A stretch of DNA of 64,000 nt from positions 286,037-350,036 of the IMG/VR virus record IMGVR_UViG_3300048854_000081. The stretch is one strand, 5' to 3'. Both the position numbers and the translations under genes were made by a program. Below, in pieces: positions 38,260-48,004 of the stretch (its first letter is position 1; every line of letters starts with the position of its first letter). The notes beneath the pieces are model-generated. The model worked only from the letters and a program-made list of their open reading frames with translations, searched no databases and was not told the DNA's origin. The DNA comes from a virus (Duplodnaviria > Caudoviricetes).

Positions 38260-39540
38260 ATGGATCAGTCAGTAAACCGAACACCTGCGCAAACCATTCT
38301 TAATACTTCCACGCCCATGGGCAACGCTGAAATTTCAGAACTTGCATTCCTTTTACAATCGCACCACGCTATCTTTTATAAGTTCTTTTCGGTAGGTCGC
38401 CCTATTTTCGAAATGTCACTCCCAACGGCAGCAGTCTATGCGAGTCGTGAGACGGGACAGTTCCTTTATCTTAAGATTAACCCGCTATTCTGGCGTGGGT
38501 TGAGTATGCCTGAACGCACATTCATCATTGCGCATGAATGCATTCATCTTATCTTAGATCACCTTGTCCGTCTATCCCATCCGGGTATTAACTCAACCAT
38601 TGCTAACTATGCGGCTGATCTGGTTGTTAACCATATGTGCGTGGAGAAGTTTGGGTTCAAGCGATCCCAAATCGATCCTGAAGGTGTCTATTGCTGGATC
38701 GATAAGTTCTTTACGCCTGAAGAAAATGTGTTCTCTGGTGAAACCATGGAATACTATTACAACTTGCTTGAGAAGAAGCATGAAGCGGGTAAACTGCCGA
38801 TGTCGGGTGAGGGTGCGCCGCGATTGGTCGATCAACATGAACAGATCGATGAAGAAGCCGTTAAAGATTTTATTGAGAAGATGGATAAGCTCTTGTCTCC
38901 ACAAGAGAAAGAAGCATTATCCAAACTGGCTGGTATTGGTGGTGAAGGTATCTGGACTTTTCTTAATGTTAGAGTTAAGAAAAAGAAGAAGTGGGAAACT
39001 GTTATTAAACAGTGGGCGGTGAAGACTGTAGGATTTAAGCAGAAGAATCTTGACCAGTGGGCGAGAAGTAGTCGTCGCATGGCATTCCTTAAGCAAACTG
39101 GTCTGTTCCTACCTGCGGAAATGGAATTAGATGAGCGTAAACAAGAGAAGAAAAAGATTGTAGTCCATTTCTATCTTGATACCTCAGGATCATGTCATCA
39201 TCTGGCGGAACGATTCTTCACAGCAGCAAAATCGCTACCTACCGAACATTTTGATATTCGTTTGTTCTGTTTCCATGATTACGTGGTAGAGACCGATATC
39301 ACGGGTGACAAGGTTCATAAGGGTGGTGGTACGGCTTTCCATATTATTGAAGAGAATATTCAGCTATTGATGGGCAAGGAAGGCACATCATATCCTAAGG
39401 CTGTGTTTGTCATTACCGATGGTATGGGTACGCCTGTGGCACCTCAGATTCCAGAAAGCTGGCATTGGTTCTTGTCAGAAGATTATAAGAATTACATTCC
39501 TAAGAAATCGATGGCTTACAAATTGACAGATTACGAATAA
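38260..39540 (+). CDS. metallopeptidase-vWA protein (DUF2201-like)
   Basis: AHECIH (HExxH), N.AAD..VN; DTSGS MIDAS, GGGT, ITDG. Confidence 0.85.
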   Translation: MDQSVNRTPAQTILNTSTPMGNAEISELAFLLQSHHAIFYKFFSVGRPIFEMSLPTAAVYASRETGQFLYLKINPLFWRGLSMPERTFIIAHECIHLILDHLVRLSHPGINSTIANYAADLVVNHMCVEKFGFKRSQIDPEGVYCWIDKFFTPEENVFSGETMEYYYNLLEKKHEAGKLPMSGEGAPRLVDQHEQIDEEAVKDFIEKMDKLLSPQEKEALSKLAGIGGEGIWTFLNVRVKKKKKWETVIKQWAVKTVGFKQKNLDQWARSSRRMAFLKQTGLFLPAEMELDERKQEKKKIVVHFYLDTSGSCHHLAERFFTAAKSLPTEHFDIRLFCFHDYVVETDITGDKVHKGGGTAFHIIEENIQLLMGKEGTSYPKAVFVITDGMGTPVAPQIPESWHWFLSEDYKNYIPKKSMAYKLTDYE

Positions 39541-39541
39541 G

Positions 39542-39567
39542 AAAAAGCCCGCGAAAGCGGGCTTTTT
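39542..39567. terminator. bidirectional terminator
   Basis: AAAAAGCCCGC-gaaa-GCGGGCTTTTT. Confidence 0.85.
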
Positions 39568-39569
39568 GT

Positions 39570-39845
39570 TTACTTGCGAAGCTGGCTAGAATTATATGCT
39601 CTTGCCCATGGATAAACTCTTAGGAGTTCGGTGTAACCACCAACATAAGCATCGTCAACGAATATCTGTGGAACTGTTGCGATGGTTACGTGCAAACCTA
39701 GAGCATCGACACGCTTTTGAATATCTTCTTTTGTAACTTCACTACCAACCGTGTAATATGTAAATGGGAGGTTAGCGGAAGCACAAGCGCCCTTGGCCTT
39801 ATCACAGAAGGGGCAACCTTCTCTACCGTAAATTTCAATCTTCAT
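39570..39845 (-). CDS. glutaredoxin (GrxA/NrdC-like)
   Basis: CPFC, TVPQIFV, VGGY. Confidence 0.9.
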   Translation of the reverse strand: MKIEIYGREGCPFCDKAKGACASANLPFTYYTVGSEVTKEDIQKRVDALGLHVTIATVPQIFVDDAYVGGYTELLRVYPWARAYNSSQLRK

Positions 39846-39942
39846 TATATTCCTCAAGTGTTATGTTTTACGCGATATTATTTAGAAAACTTTAATGTGC
39901 GCTGAACCATTATATCCCACTTGAGGTTTATATAAAAGATGA

Positions 39943-40263
39943 TTAGTCGTCCTTACCTTCGCCGTTCTTGCTACCTTCTGGACGACCAGTACGCTTTAGT
40001 TCGCCATCGGAACCCTGCTTAGACTTAAGGGATTCAACGTCGGTTAGCTTGTACCATGAGTCACGGGAACCCGGCTCTGGCTCACGAGCAGCCTTAAGCA
40101 CGCCATCAGCCTTATACTGGCGGATTCTGCCCATGCTGCAACCTAGAATCTTAGCAGCCTGAGCGCCAGTGATTTCTTCGGTGGTAGGTGACGAAGCCTT
40201 CTGTGGGGTTTCATCTTCTGTCTTGGATTCGTTCATTAGATTTACAAGGTCGATCAATTTCAT
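39943..40263 (-). CDS. late MerR/excisionase-like HTH protein
   Basis: ITGAQAAKILGCSMGRIRQY...G.L; GRP; N-terminus MKLIDLVNLMNE; AATAAATA at 40282..40289. Confidence 0.7.
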   Translation of the reverse strand: MKLIDLVNLMNESKTEDETPQKASSPTTEEITGAQAAKILGCSMGRIRQYKADGVLKAAREPEPGSRDSWYKLTDVESLKSKQGSDGELKRTGRPEGSKNGEGKDD

Positions 40264-40319
40264 TAGGGTTTCCTTTTTGGGTATTTATTGAGAAATTATA
40301 GTATATGCTTGATTTATGT

Positions 40320-40607
40320 TCAAGGAATCAACTGTTTGGTGCAGACAAAGTTGGTCCATTCGTTCTGATTAACTGACCAACGCTTACCTTCAACGTCGGT
40401 AATATTGGAAATGGTAACCGTTTCAATGATGGACGACTTGTAATCCGCTTTCTGTGATTCCAGATAGTTAAGATGAGAGCTATCTAACTTATTAGTACAG
40501 GTAACATAGGTTTGACCATGATAAACTGACACGTCTACCTGATGGACAGCTTGTGCCGAACATGCTAGGATAGTAAGGAAGAATGGTAGTAAGAGTAATC
40601 TTTTCAT
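40320..40607 (-). CDS. putative lipoprotein
   Basis: Lipobox-like ILAC after hydrophobic stretch. Confidence 0.6.
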   Translation of the reverse strand: MKRLLLLPFFLTILACSAQAVHQVDVSVYHGQTYVTCTNKLDSSHLNYLESQKADYKSSIIETVTISNITDVEGKRWSVNQNEWTNFVCTKQLIP

Positions 40608-40684
40608 AGGTTTTAAGTTAACTTCGTTGTTACAATATTTATGAAATCGATATAATTCAAAATAAATATTTGCATGAGGTACCT

Positions 40685-41125
40685 ATGACGAAAAGAAAGC
40701 TTAAAAAGGAAATTGTTTCCATTATCGAAGTCATTGTCATTGGCTGTATTCTGCTGGTCGTCATGACGATCTTCGTAACCCATAATTCCATGAAGCACAA
40801 ACAAGAATTAATGGATAAAAACTTCTTTCAAAGCAAGGTCTTAGATCAACAACCTCTGATCAATGATCAGAAACAATTCTGGAAAGATTATGATAACATC
40901 TTGAAGGCACGTGCTGATTCAAACGGTAATGGAATAGTTTCTCTTCAGGAGAAGGAAGCGTTTGATGAACAGTTCTTTGAGGAAAGGGAATTGACTGTTG
41001 ATCCTGTTACGAAAGTGGTTACAAAGAAATCTGGTATCCCGGCTAATGGACAGGCTTTAATCTGTCATCTTAACAGTTTCTATATGGATCAACCGTGGGT
41101 TATGCCGGTTTGTCCTGACTTATGA
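40685..41125 (+). CDS. membrane-anchored protein with EF-hand-like loop
   Basis: TM helix; DSNGNGIVSLQE. Confidence 0.6.
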   Translation: MTKRKLKKEIVSIIEVIVIGCILLVVMTIFVTHNSMKHKQELMDKNFFQSKVLDQQPLINDQKQFWKDYDNILKARADSNGNGIVSLQEKEAFDEQFFEERELTVDPVTKVVTKKSGIPANGQALICHLNSFYMDQPWVMPVCPDL

Positions 41126-41330
41126 TTCGATAACCTCTCAAGAAACACTTGATTCCATCGGCGACACCAAGGATTCCTATGATTATCATAAGGACATCAG
41201 ACATTAATGCTGGACCTTTCGTTTCTTTTAGTAGATAATCGAAGGCGTAGAGTCCAATTCCTAGAAAGCAAAGGGTGAATAATGACCCAAAGATTACATC
41301 TACCCAAGCTTTACTTTTGTAATGATTCAT
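41100..41330 (-). CDS. small two-TM protein
   Basis: Two hydrophobic helices. Confidence 0.5.
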   Translation of the reverse strand: MNHYKSKAWVDVIFGSLFTLCFLGIGLYAFDYLLKETKGPALMSDVLMIIIGILGVADGIKCFLRGYRIISQDKPA

Positions 41331-41390
41331 ACTTACCTTGACTTATAGTTCAATAATATTTATAATTCACAAATATACACGAGGTTTTAA

Positions 41391-41681
41391 ATGGCAACTA
41401 AGATAGGCATCGAACCAGAAAACGATTTGGTTTTCGTTTCTCAGGTTAAGGTAAAGCAGACAGTCTCAGCCAGCGGCATCATTCTTACGGAAGTTAAGAA
41501 GTTCGGTGATGTTCTGACAGGTACGGTTGTTGCTGTAAGCGAGAACAGTGAATATCCACTTACTGTTAAGTTAGACAACACTGTCTATTTCATTGAGAAA
41601 GATATTTGGAGCAAGACTGTTCTTGATGGTAAGGAATATCTAGTTCTCCAAGAGAAGAATATCCTAGGGTACGAAGCCTAA
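41391..41681 (+). CDS. GroES-like co-chaperonin
   Basis: IEP.ND.V, SASGIIL, GTVVAV, DGKEYLVL.E..ILG. Confidence 0.85.
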   Translation: MATKIGIEPENDLVFVSQVKVKQTVSASGIILTEVKKFGDVLTGTVVAVSENSEYPLTVKLDNTVYFIEKDIWSKTVLDGKEYLVLQEKNILGYEA

Positions 41682-41770
41682 CGCACGCGTTAGGACATTA
41701 TTGGGAAGATGGTTGATAGAGTTTAACATCCCACTTGACTTTATCATCCATCTTCACATATTATATCCAC

Positions 41771-41915
41771 GTTGAAGATTTAAGGCCACATGATCGTGAA
41801 CGATCTATCAGTAACGACGGTTAATGGTAAAGGGATCATCGTCGTAAGAGGACCATAAGTCGTCCCGACTGACGAATTACTACATAGATGTGTAGAGGGC
41901 TGATCTTCAACACCA
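41771..41915 (+). ncRNA. unknown structured RNA ending in ACCA
   Basis: GTTGAAGAT/ATCTTCAAC closing stem plus ACCA; multiple internal hairpins; TTGACT-N18-TATTAT promoter directly upstream. Confidence 0.7.
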
Positions 41916-42260
41916 ATTGATCAAGGATTGTCAGTCACATGAACAGTCGGATCAAGTATCACCATATTGCGTGTCAGAATCAAATGGCTTACGTGCTCTA
42001 ACCAATACAATTCCATTACCGAAAGCTTCGGCAATGAATCTCTTAGGAATTATCGAATTCCCTAAGATTAACAATATGTTAAGATTAACGTATTTCGTAA
42101 TCAAACATGGCTTATCGCTGACAGAAGTATATCATCGTATAAATCGTTACACAAGTGACATTCCTTGTGGCGTTAATGATGCGTTCAATAATATAGAGTG
42201 ATTGACACATCCATTGAAATGTATTACTATCTACCCATCATATACGTATGGAGTAGCATC

Positions 42261-42470
42261 ATGCTTGCCGACTATCTAATTGCTCGTCTATTTGTCACTG
42301 TTGGTGGCGCAGGTTTCCTTCTCCTTGTCCTTCTTGGTGGTGCTGCCATGACCTTTATGGCATGGGGATTCCTTGCTTTAATCGTTTATGTGTTGGTAGT
42401 ATGGGGCATTCTCTACTTGCTGGCACTGGCTCTGATCAGTTGGCTCAAGAAGAACGCACGCTTCAAGTAA
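42261..42470 (+). CDS. small membrane protein
   Basis: RBS GGAG; TTGACA-N17-TACTAT upstream. Confidence 0.55.
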   Translation: MLADYLIARLFVTVGGAGFLLLVLLGGAAMTFMAWGFLALIVYVLVVWGILYLLALALISWLKKNARFK

Positions 42471-42490
42471 ACATTACCAAGGATTTAAGT

Positions 42491-42673
42491 ATGAATGAAT
42501 ACGTTGTTTGTTACAGATGGGAACGACGCACTACCGCTGATTTTGATCAATTGATAGAATATGTGAAATCTGAAGGCACGTCAGAGGTTGAGTCAATCAC
42601 AAAGCTATTGCTTGGGAAGTATGAAGTGAAGTATGTAGCCACGTTCTACTACGCTCGCCGAGCGCTTGACTAA
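42491..42673 (+). CDS. hypothetical protein
   Basis: RBS AAGGA. Confidence 0.55.
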   Translation: MNEYVVCYRWERRTTADFDQLIEYVKSEGTSEVESITKLLLGKYEVKYVATFYYARRALD

Positions 42674-42726
42674 TTCCATTACACCTCCTATAATATATTT
42701 CATCACATCAATACAGAGATATAAAC

Positions 42727-44913
42727 ATGATCGTCAACAATGAAGATAATGGTTCTGTCGTTTCCTCGGGTCTTGTCAGCGAAGTTGCTTTCAAGATCGA
42801 ACTAGCAGGTAAAGCGTTCAGAATGCTATCTGATGGCCTGTACACCAATAAGCAGGGCTCCATTGTGCGCGAACTGTCGTGCAACGCATTGGATTCCCAC
42901 AAGGCTGTTGGTAAGGCGGACGTTCCGTTTGAAATCCATCTTCCTTCCATCTACGAACCGACGTTCTCTGTTCGTGACTTCGGTCTCGGCATGTCTCCGG
43001 ACATGATCGAAAATACGTATGCCACCTACTTCAAGTCCACCAAGGACAACTCTAACGATGCCGTAGGTGGTTTCGGTCTCGGTGGTAAGACTCCGTTCTG
43101 CTACACCACAAGCTTCAGCATCACCTCCATTTACGAAGGTGTGAAGTATTTCTATACGGCCATGCTTGGTAACAATGGCGTGCCTGTCGTCTCCCGTTTT
43201 GGTGAGGAACCGACTGATGAAATCAATGGCGTGACCATCGAATTCAACGTTAAGGAACGCGACTATCGTCGCTTTGGCGAAGAGGTTGTAAGTCAGCTTC
43301 GCTTCTTTAACGTTAAGCCTACGCTTCTCAATAACGTTTATGATCTGGAATTCGAAAATATCGACTACCGTGAAACGTTTGGTAACTTCCGTGTGTCGGA
43401 TAGCTTGGACGGTTTGTATATCGTTCAGGGTGAGGTGGGCTACCCAGTTGATATGACGGAACTTCGGGATAAGGTATCCGACGAGAACCTTTCTCTATTC
43501 AATCTCTATACTGATGGTGCTATGTTCTTTGACATCGGCCAGATTGAGGTAACGGTGAGCCGTGAGTCGGTTCAGTTCAGCCCACTGACCATCAAGAGTC
43601 TTGAGACCTTCATTGAAACGGTTGGCCCGATCATCTATAAGAATATTCGCGAAAAGGTTCATGCCTTCTCTTGCGATTGGGATCGTCTGTCCTATCTTAA
43701 CGAATCTGAAAACAATCGTGTGTTTGCCACCCTTGCGAAGATGAAGTTCGGTGAAGGTGGTAACACGGGTGATAAAAAGCTTAAGATTGAAGGTGGTACC
43801 AAAACTCAGCCGTTCTATATCAATGCCACGAAATCTCGCGGTGGTGTTGTTGGTCGTCCTAATTTTTATGTGTCCTTCCCGGTTCCTCATAAGAATAAGC
43901 GTACCTATGCTAAGGCTGGTGACTTCACTGTGAAGCCTTCGGCTGATACGATCATCATCGTTCGCGACCAGACCAAGAGTGCCATTGCAAAGTTTTATCG
44001 ATTCGCTGATCAAAATTACGGTAAGACGGTCATGCTCATTGAATCGGAGAACACTGTAGATCAGAAGTTCTACGATTTCATTACCGAATCTTTTGGTGGT
44101 GCTCCGTTCATCAAGGCGTCGGAACTTCCTGAAACTCCTAAGTCGGGGTATCAGCGTGGTAAGCCTCCGGTTGTTTACGAAAATACCTCAACTACGTTGG
44201 TCGATAGTTCTCTGAGTTATTGGAAGAAAGTTTACGATGAAGAAGAGATTGAAACGGGTTACTATTTGACTTACACGACGTGGCCTTACATCGACGGTGA
44301 TACGTCCATTGTCAAGGCAGTGCATGATGCTGGTTTGTTCGATAAGCCGATTTATGTTATCAAGAAGGCCAAGGCTGATCTTCTGATTGACAATCCTAAC
44401 TTTGAGTGTGCCGCAAAACATGCCAAGGCGATCTTTGATGATCGTGAGAAGGATATGGATAAGCACGACCGCATGATTGAGCGTAGCCGTAAGGCTTATG
44501 CAATTCTTGATCGAGTCAGGGAAGCTCGCACTGCGTGTGGTCCGATCTGGCAGCATCGTGAACGGCTTGCTCCGCATTCTGAGCATATCAATAGCTTGAA
44601 TCGTTTGACTCGTGTAGAAAAGGTCGCAACCCGTTATACCGAAATTGTTACAAAAAAGATTAAGAAAGAAAACCGTCTGATTCGTGATATGCTTAGCCAG
44701 AAATCGATGAATAGGACTGATGACCACAGGGAACATGCTGAAAAGGTTATTTCCATTGAGGATTCGATCCGGGTTCGTGATCGTTATCCTCTGCTTGAAA
44801 CGGTTAATTACAATACAAGCTGGTTGGATGCTGAAGCAAAGCTTCGTCAAGCTGCTGCTCTTGTAGCTTACATTAAGATGGTTGACAACGTTGAAGCGCT
44901 TGGCGTAGAATGA
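42727..44913 (+). CDS. rIIA: RIIA-like protein (GHKL ATPase N-terminus)
   Basis: LY..K..SIVRELSCNALDSH, RDFGLGM, STK..SN..GGFGLGGK; followed by rIIB. Confidence 0.88.
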   Translation: MIVNNEDNGSVVSSGLVSEVAFKIELAGKAFRMLSDGLYTNKQGSIVRELSCNALDSHKAVGKADVPFEIHLPSIYEPTFSVRDFGLGMSPDMIENTYATYFKSTKDNSNDAVGGFGLGGKTPFCYTTSFSITSIYEGVKYFYTAMLGNNGVPVVSRFGEEPTDEINGVTIEFNVKERDYRRFGEEVVSQLRFFNVKPTLLNNVYDLEFENIDYRETFGNFRVSDSLDGLYIVQGEVGYPVDMTELRDKVSDENLSLFNLYTDGAMFFDIGQIEVTVSRESVQFSPLTIKSLETFIETVGPIIYKNIREKVHAFSCDWDRLSYLNESENNRVFATLAKMKFGEGGNTGDKKLKIEGGTKTQPFYINATKSRGGVVGRPNFYVSFPVPHKNKRTYAKAGDFTVKPSADTIIIVRDQTKSAIAKFYRFADQNYGKTVMLIESENTVDQKFYDFITESFGGAPFIKASELPETPKSGYQRGKPPVVYENTSTTLVDSSLSYWKKVYDEEEIETGYYLTYTTWPYIDGDTSIVKAVHDAGLFDKPIYVIKKAKADLLIDNPNFECAAKHAKAIFDDREKDMDKHDRMIERSRKAYAILDRVREARTACGPIWQHRERLAPHSEHINSLNRLTRVEKVATRYTEIVTKKIKKENRLIRDMLSQKSMNRTDDHREHAEKVISIEDSIRVRDRYPLLETVNYNTSWLDAEAKLRQAAALVAYIKMVDNVEALGVE

Positions 44914-44951
44914 GTGCTTCAAAAATATATCTATTCTCGGAGACATAAGAA

Positions 44952-45998
44952 ATGAGTAACACACCCCAAAAGCCTATCCCGTATCAGGTGAAGACTAACG
45001 GTAGCATTAACCTATTCGTAAATGGTTCAATCAAAACAATTGGTCCGGACGATCTTAACTATAAGGTCGTCCTTCAAGCCTTGAAGCGAGAGGACTGGAA
45101 TAAAGTTCTCGGTAGCCTTTCGGTTAAGGGTGCTATTGCTGATCATACCGATGGTCGCGTGGAAGTCTTCGGTGAAGAAATTCACATTGACAAGAAGCCA
45201 CTTCCTTCCGCTATTTCTAAGCGTGTAATTCCGCTTCTACGTAAGGCTGACTTCAACCTCAAGCCGCTGTTCCGTTTGCTTGAGAATATCGAAGCTAACC
45301 CGGCAGAATTCAGCCGCAATGAACTGTACCTGTTCCTTGAAGCGAATGATCTTCCGTTCACTGCCGATGGTCATTTCTTGGCTTACAAGATGGTCAGTGA
45401 AGATTATAAGGATTTGCATAGCCGTAAGATTGACAACTCCGTTGGTAACGTGGTTGAAATGCCACGTGAAGAAGTTAATCAGGATCGTGCAAAAACCTGT
45501 TCGGTGGGTCTCCATTTCTGTGCATTCAGCTATCTACCGGCCGCATACTACACGAACAATGATAGCAATCGTTTGATGGTGGTTAAGATCAATCCGGCTG
45601 ACGTGGTAAGCATTCCTAACGATTACGACAATGCGAAGGGTCGTTGCTGGCGCTATGAAGTGGTCGATGAACTGGCACACTTCGAAGATTCTCTGCCAGT
45701 TGGCTACACGGATACATACGCTGATCACATTGATGATACTGCCGAAGATGATGAGCCGGAAGTGTTGGATGATGACGAAGATGTGCTGATTACTCCTAAG
45801 AAAGCTACGGTAAGCGCAACTCCTACCAAGGCAAAGGGTGACTACTCGGCCAAGCTCGATGCTGCCAAGGTTCGCAAGATTCGTAAGCTTCTTGCTGAAG
45901 GCGACTGGACCCTAGTGGGTATCGCTGAGGTCATCGGTTGTTCGGCACGTCAGGTGGCTCGTGTACGTGATGGTGAAGTCTGGACTGACATCAAGTAA
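44952..45998 (+). CDS. rIIB: RIIB-like protein
   Basis: ELYLFL..NDLP.T.DG.FLAYK, MPR..V..D...TCS.GLHFC, V.INPADVVSIP.DY..AKGRC..YEV; C-terminal HTH. Confidence 0.9.
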   Translation: MSNTPQKPIPYQVKTNGSINLFVNGSIKTIGPDDLNYKVVLQALKREDWNKVLGSLSVKGAIADHTDGRVEVFGEEIHIDKKPLPSAISKRVIPLLRKADFNLKPLFRLLENIEANPAEFSRNELYLFLEANDLPFTADGHFLAYKMVSEDYKDLHSRKIDNSVGNVVEMPREEVNQDRAKTCSVGLHFCAFSYLPAAYYTNNDSNRLMVVKINPADVVSIPNDYDNAKGRCWRYEVVDELAHFEDSLPVGYTDTYADHIDDTAEDDEPEVLDDDEDVLITPKKATVSATPTKAKGDYSAKLDAAKVRKIRKLLAEGDWTLVGIAEVIGCSARQVARVRDGEVWTDIK

Positions 45999-46106
45999 TA
46001 GCTTGATGTTGATAAAGGGTCGGGTAATTCCGACCCTTTTATTTTGTCTGAACGTTGAAATTAATTTCACTTGACCTAGGGATCATCGTACCCTATAATT
46101 TGCAAC

Positions 46107-46532
46107 ATGATAAAGACCTACGAACTAAAGCACATTCGAAACCTCCGCAATATCGCGAAGGATTTGAATCATGGTTTGAAAAGTAAACATGCTGCGATGC
46201 TTACTGTCGGCAACAAGATTGTCAGTATGGGTGTTAACAAAGCCAAGTCGTGTCCTTTCCAGAAGCAGAATTCCAAGACTCATAAACAAACCAATCCTTT
46301 CCTTGAGTATAGTTTCATTCATGCTGAGGTCGATTGTCTGAAGGGTCTTGAAATTGATTTTAAACGCGCAACCCTGTATGTTGTGCGTACTGACTCCACT
46401 GGCAAGTTGATGGAAAGCTGCCCGTGTCAAGGTTGCAATTCTCTGATCAATAAACTCAAAATTCCACGTCTCGTCTACAGTGTCGCAGACGGTACGATTG
46501 TTGAAAATAACATTACCTATCATAAGGATTAA
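46107..46532 (+). CDS. CMP/dCMP-type Zn deaminase (substrate unknown)
   Basis: KHAA, G.N, HAEVD, CPCQGC. Confidence 0.8.
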   Translation: MIKTYELKHIRNLRNIAKDLNHGLKSKHAAMLTVGNKIVSMGVNKAKSCPFQKQNSKTHKQTNPFLEYSFIHAEVDCLKGLEIDFKRATLYVVRTDSTGKLMESCPCQGCNSLINKLKIPRLVYSVADGTIVENNITYHKD

Positions 46533-46534
46533 TC

Positions 46535-47041
46535 ATGCATTTGACCATTCGTCCTAATTCCACGTCGTTTCGTTACCTTGTTCGTTGGGATAGTGAGTTC
46601 AATCTCTATTCCTCAACCAAGGAACGCCGTGAAGAATATAAGTATCGTCAACCAAGGACATTCTGTGAATATTACCGGAAGGTTCTGGCTATCGTTGCGA
46701 TTCAGTTTTCTCTTGGAATCTGCGCAATTTCTCTTCCATTTTTCTTGGCTCTATATTTCACTGATGCTAATGTAGACGCCATGCCATGGTTCGCGGTTCT
46801 GATCAGCGGACTTGGTTTAATCCTTACATGTTTCTGTATAGTAACACCTGTCGTCCTTGGGCTGTTTTGGATCAAGGATAAGTTTTTCTCATGGAAGGAA
46901 GCCAAGCGTCGCGCTGCATATCTTGCTAAGCATGCTGATGGTGCTAATTATGTCGAGCCAACGCCGGGATTCATGAAAACGCTTTACTTCGGTTTGAAGA
47001 GCAAGGTGTGTCCGATCATTGTAATTACGGACGAAGCGTGA
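46535..47041 (+). CDS. membrane protein
   Basis: Two TM helices; FCEYYR; K.KVCP. Confidence 0.65.
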   Translation: MHLTIRPNSTSFRYLVRWDSEFNLYSSTKERREEYKYRQPRTFCEYYRKVLAIVAIQFSLGICAISLPFFLALYFTDANVDAMPWFAVLISGLGLILTCFCIVTPVVLGLFWIKDKFFSWKEAKRRAAYLAKHADGANYVEPTPGFMKTLYFGLKSKVCPIIVITDEA

Positions 47042-47652
47042 TTAAGCTTTACACTCCAATGAATGTGAAGCCGTGGACTATCCACGGCTTCGCCGTTGCC
47101 TGCTCAGGTGGTTACGATAGTATGGCTATTGCTCACTTTCTGGTGAGAGGTGGTCACAAGCCTCATATCATCCACGTCAATCATGGTACAGGTAATGACT
47201 CCGCAGAAGCCGTTGTACGGCGTTTCACGGAGAAACATGGTCTGACCCTAACCGTGCATCAAGTTAACCCTAAGGATAAGCCTGAGAGAGAATCATGGGA
47301 GGAATTCTGGCGTAACGAGCGTATCAAGGTCTATCGTGCCAATAAACAGCCTGTGATCACTGGTCACAATCTGGATGACGCCATGGAAACATGGCTCTTC
47401 AGTTCCATGCACGGTAATTGTAAGTTAATTCCATACAACACGCGTAACACCTATCGCCCCTTCATCCTGAACCGAAAGAGTGCCCTTCTTGATTATGCAA
47501 TCAAGAACGGTGTAGAATGGGCTGAAGACAAGTCGAATGGTGATGTGAATTTCTCACGGAATCGTATTCGACACAACATCATGCCCGAAGCCCTGTTTAT
47601 TAATCCGGGGTTTGCTAAGGTAATATCCAAAAAATATCTAAACCAATTTTAG
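47038..47652 (+). CDS. tilS: tRNA(Ile)-lysidine synthetase, minimal PP-loop form
   Basis: ACSGGYDS, HVNHG, R..R, TGHNLDD.MET, RP, ED.SN..FSRNRIRH. Confidence 0.85.
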   Translation: MIKLYTPMNVKPWTIHGFAVACSGGYDSMAIAHFLVRGGHKPHIIHVNHGTGNDSAEAVVRRFTEKHGLTLTVHQVNPKDKPERESWEEFWRNERIKVYRANKQPVITGHNLDDAMETWLFSSMHGNCKLIPYNTRNTYRPFILNRKSALLDYAIKNGVEWAEDKSNGDVNFSRNRIRHNIMPEALFINPGFAKVISKKYLNQF

Positions 47653-47660
47653 GACATTAT

Positions 47661-47993
47661 ATGACTACAAGAGAAGACGGTTTTCGCTCTACGAAACATG
47701 CCAAGGAACAGTTTGTGGCACGTTTCCCGAATGTGGCGAAGAATGCCGATAACACTACGCTCCTTCGCCTCTTCTATGATGCTAAGGAAATGCCGCACGT
47801 CTTCAATAATACGTCATTCGTGGTCTATCACATGGAACGTTACAAGAATTTTGACACACGCTATTTCGCCTCTGGCGATATGGTGTTTGTTGCAGATGTT
47901 AAAGCCAAAGTTATTTTTACTGTACTTGACCGTAGTCGTGAAGATGCGTTCCGGACATTCCGCGATCACGACCGATCCAGCTACCGCAAGTAA
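47661..47993 (+). CDS. hypothetical protein
   Basis: TKHA..QF..RF motif; RBS AGGA. Confidence 0.6.
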   Translation: MTTREDGFRSTKHAKEQFVARFPNVAKNADNTTLLRLFYDAKEMPHVFNNTSFVVYHMERYKNFDTRYFASGDMVFVADVKAKVIFTVLDRSREDAFRTFRDHDRSSYRK

Positions 47994-48004
47994 TAGAGAC
48001 CATT

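Noticed and set aside
40320-41330. Holin/spanin lysis cassette
   Set aside because: The lipoprotein and TM genes are on different strands, with no endolysin or coiled-coil i-spanin.
41868-41900. Hammerhead core (CTGACGA)
   Set aside because: No GAAA partner or cleavage-triplet geometry.
41917-42201. 94-aa ORF after the 145-nt RNA
   Set aside because: TTG start without RBS and no motifs; a shorter product cannot be excluded.
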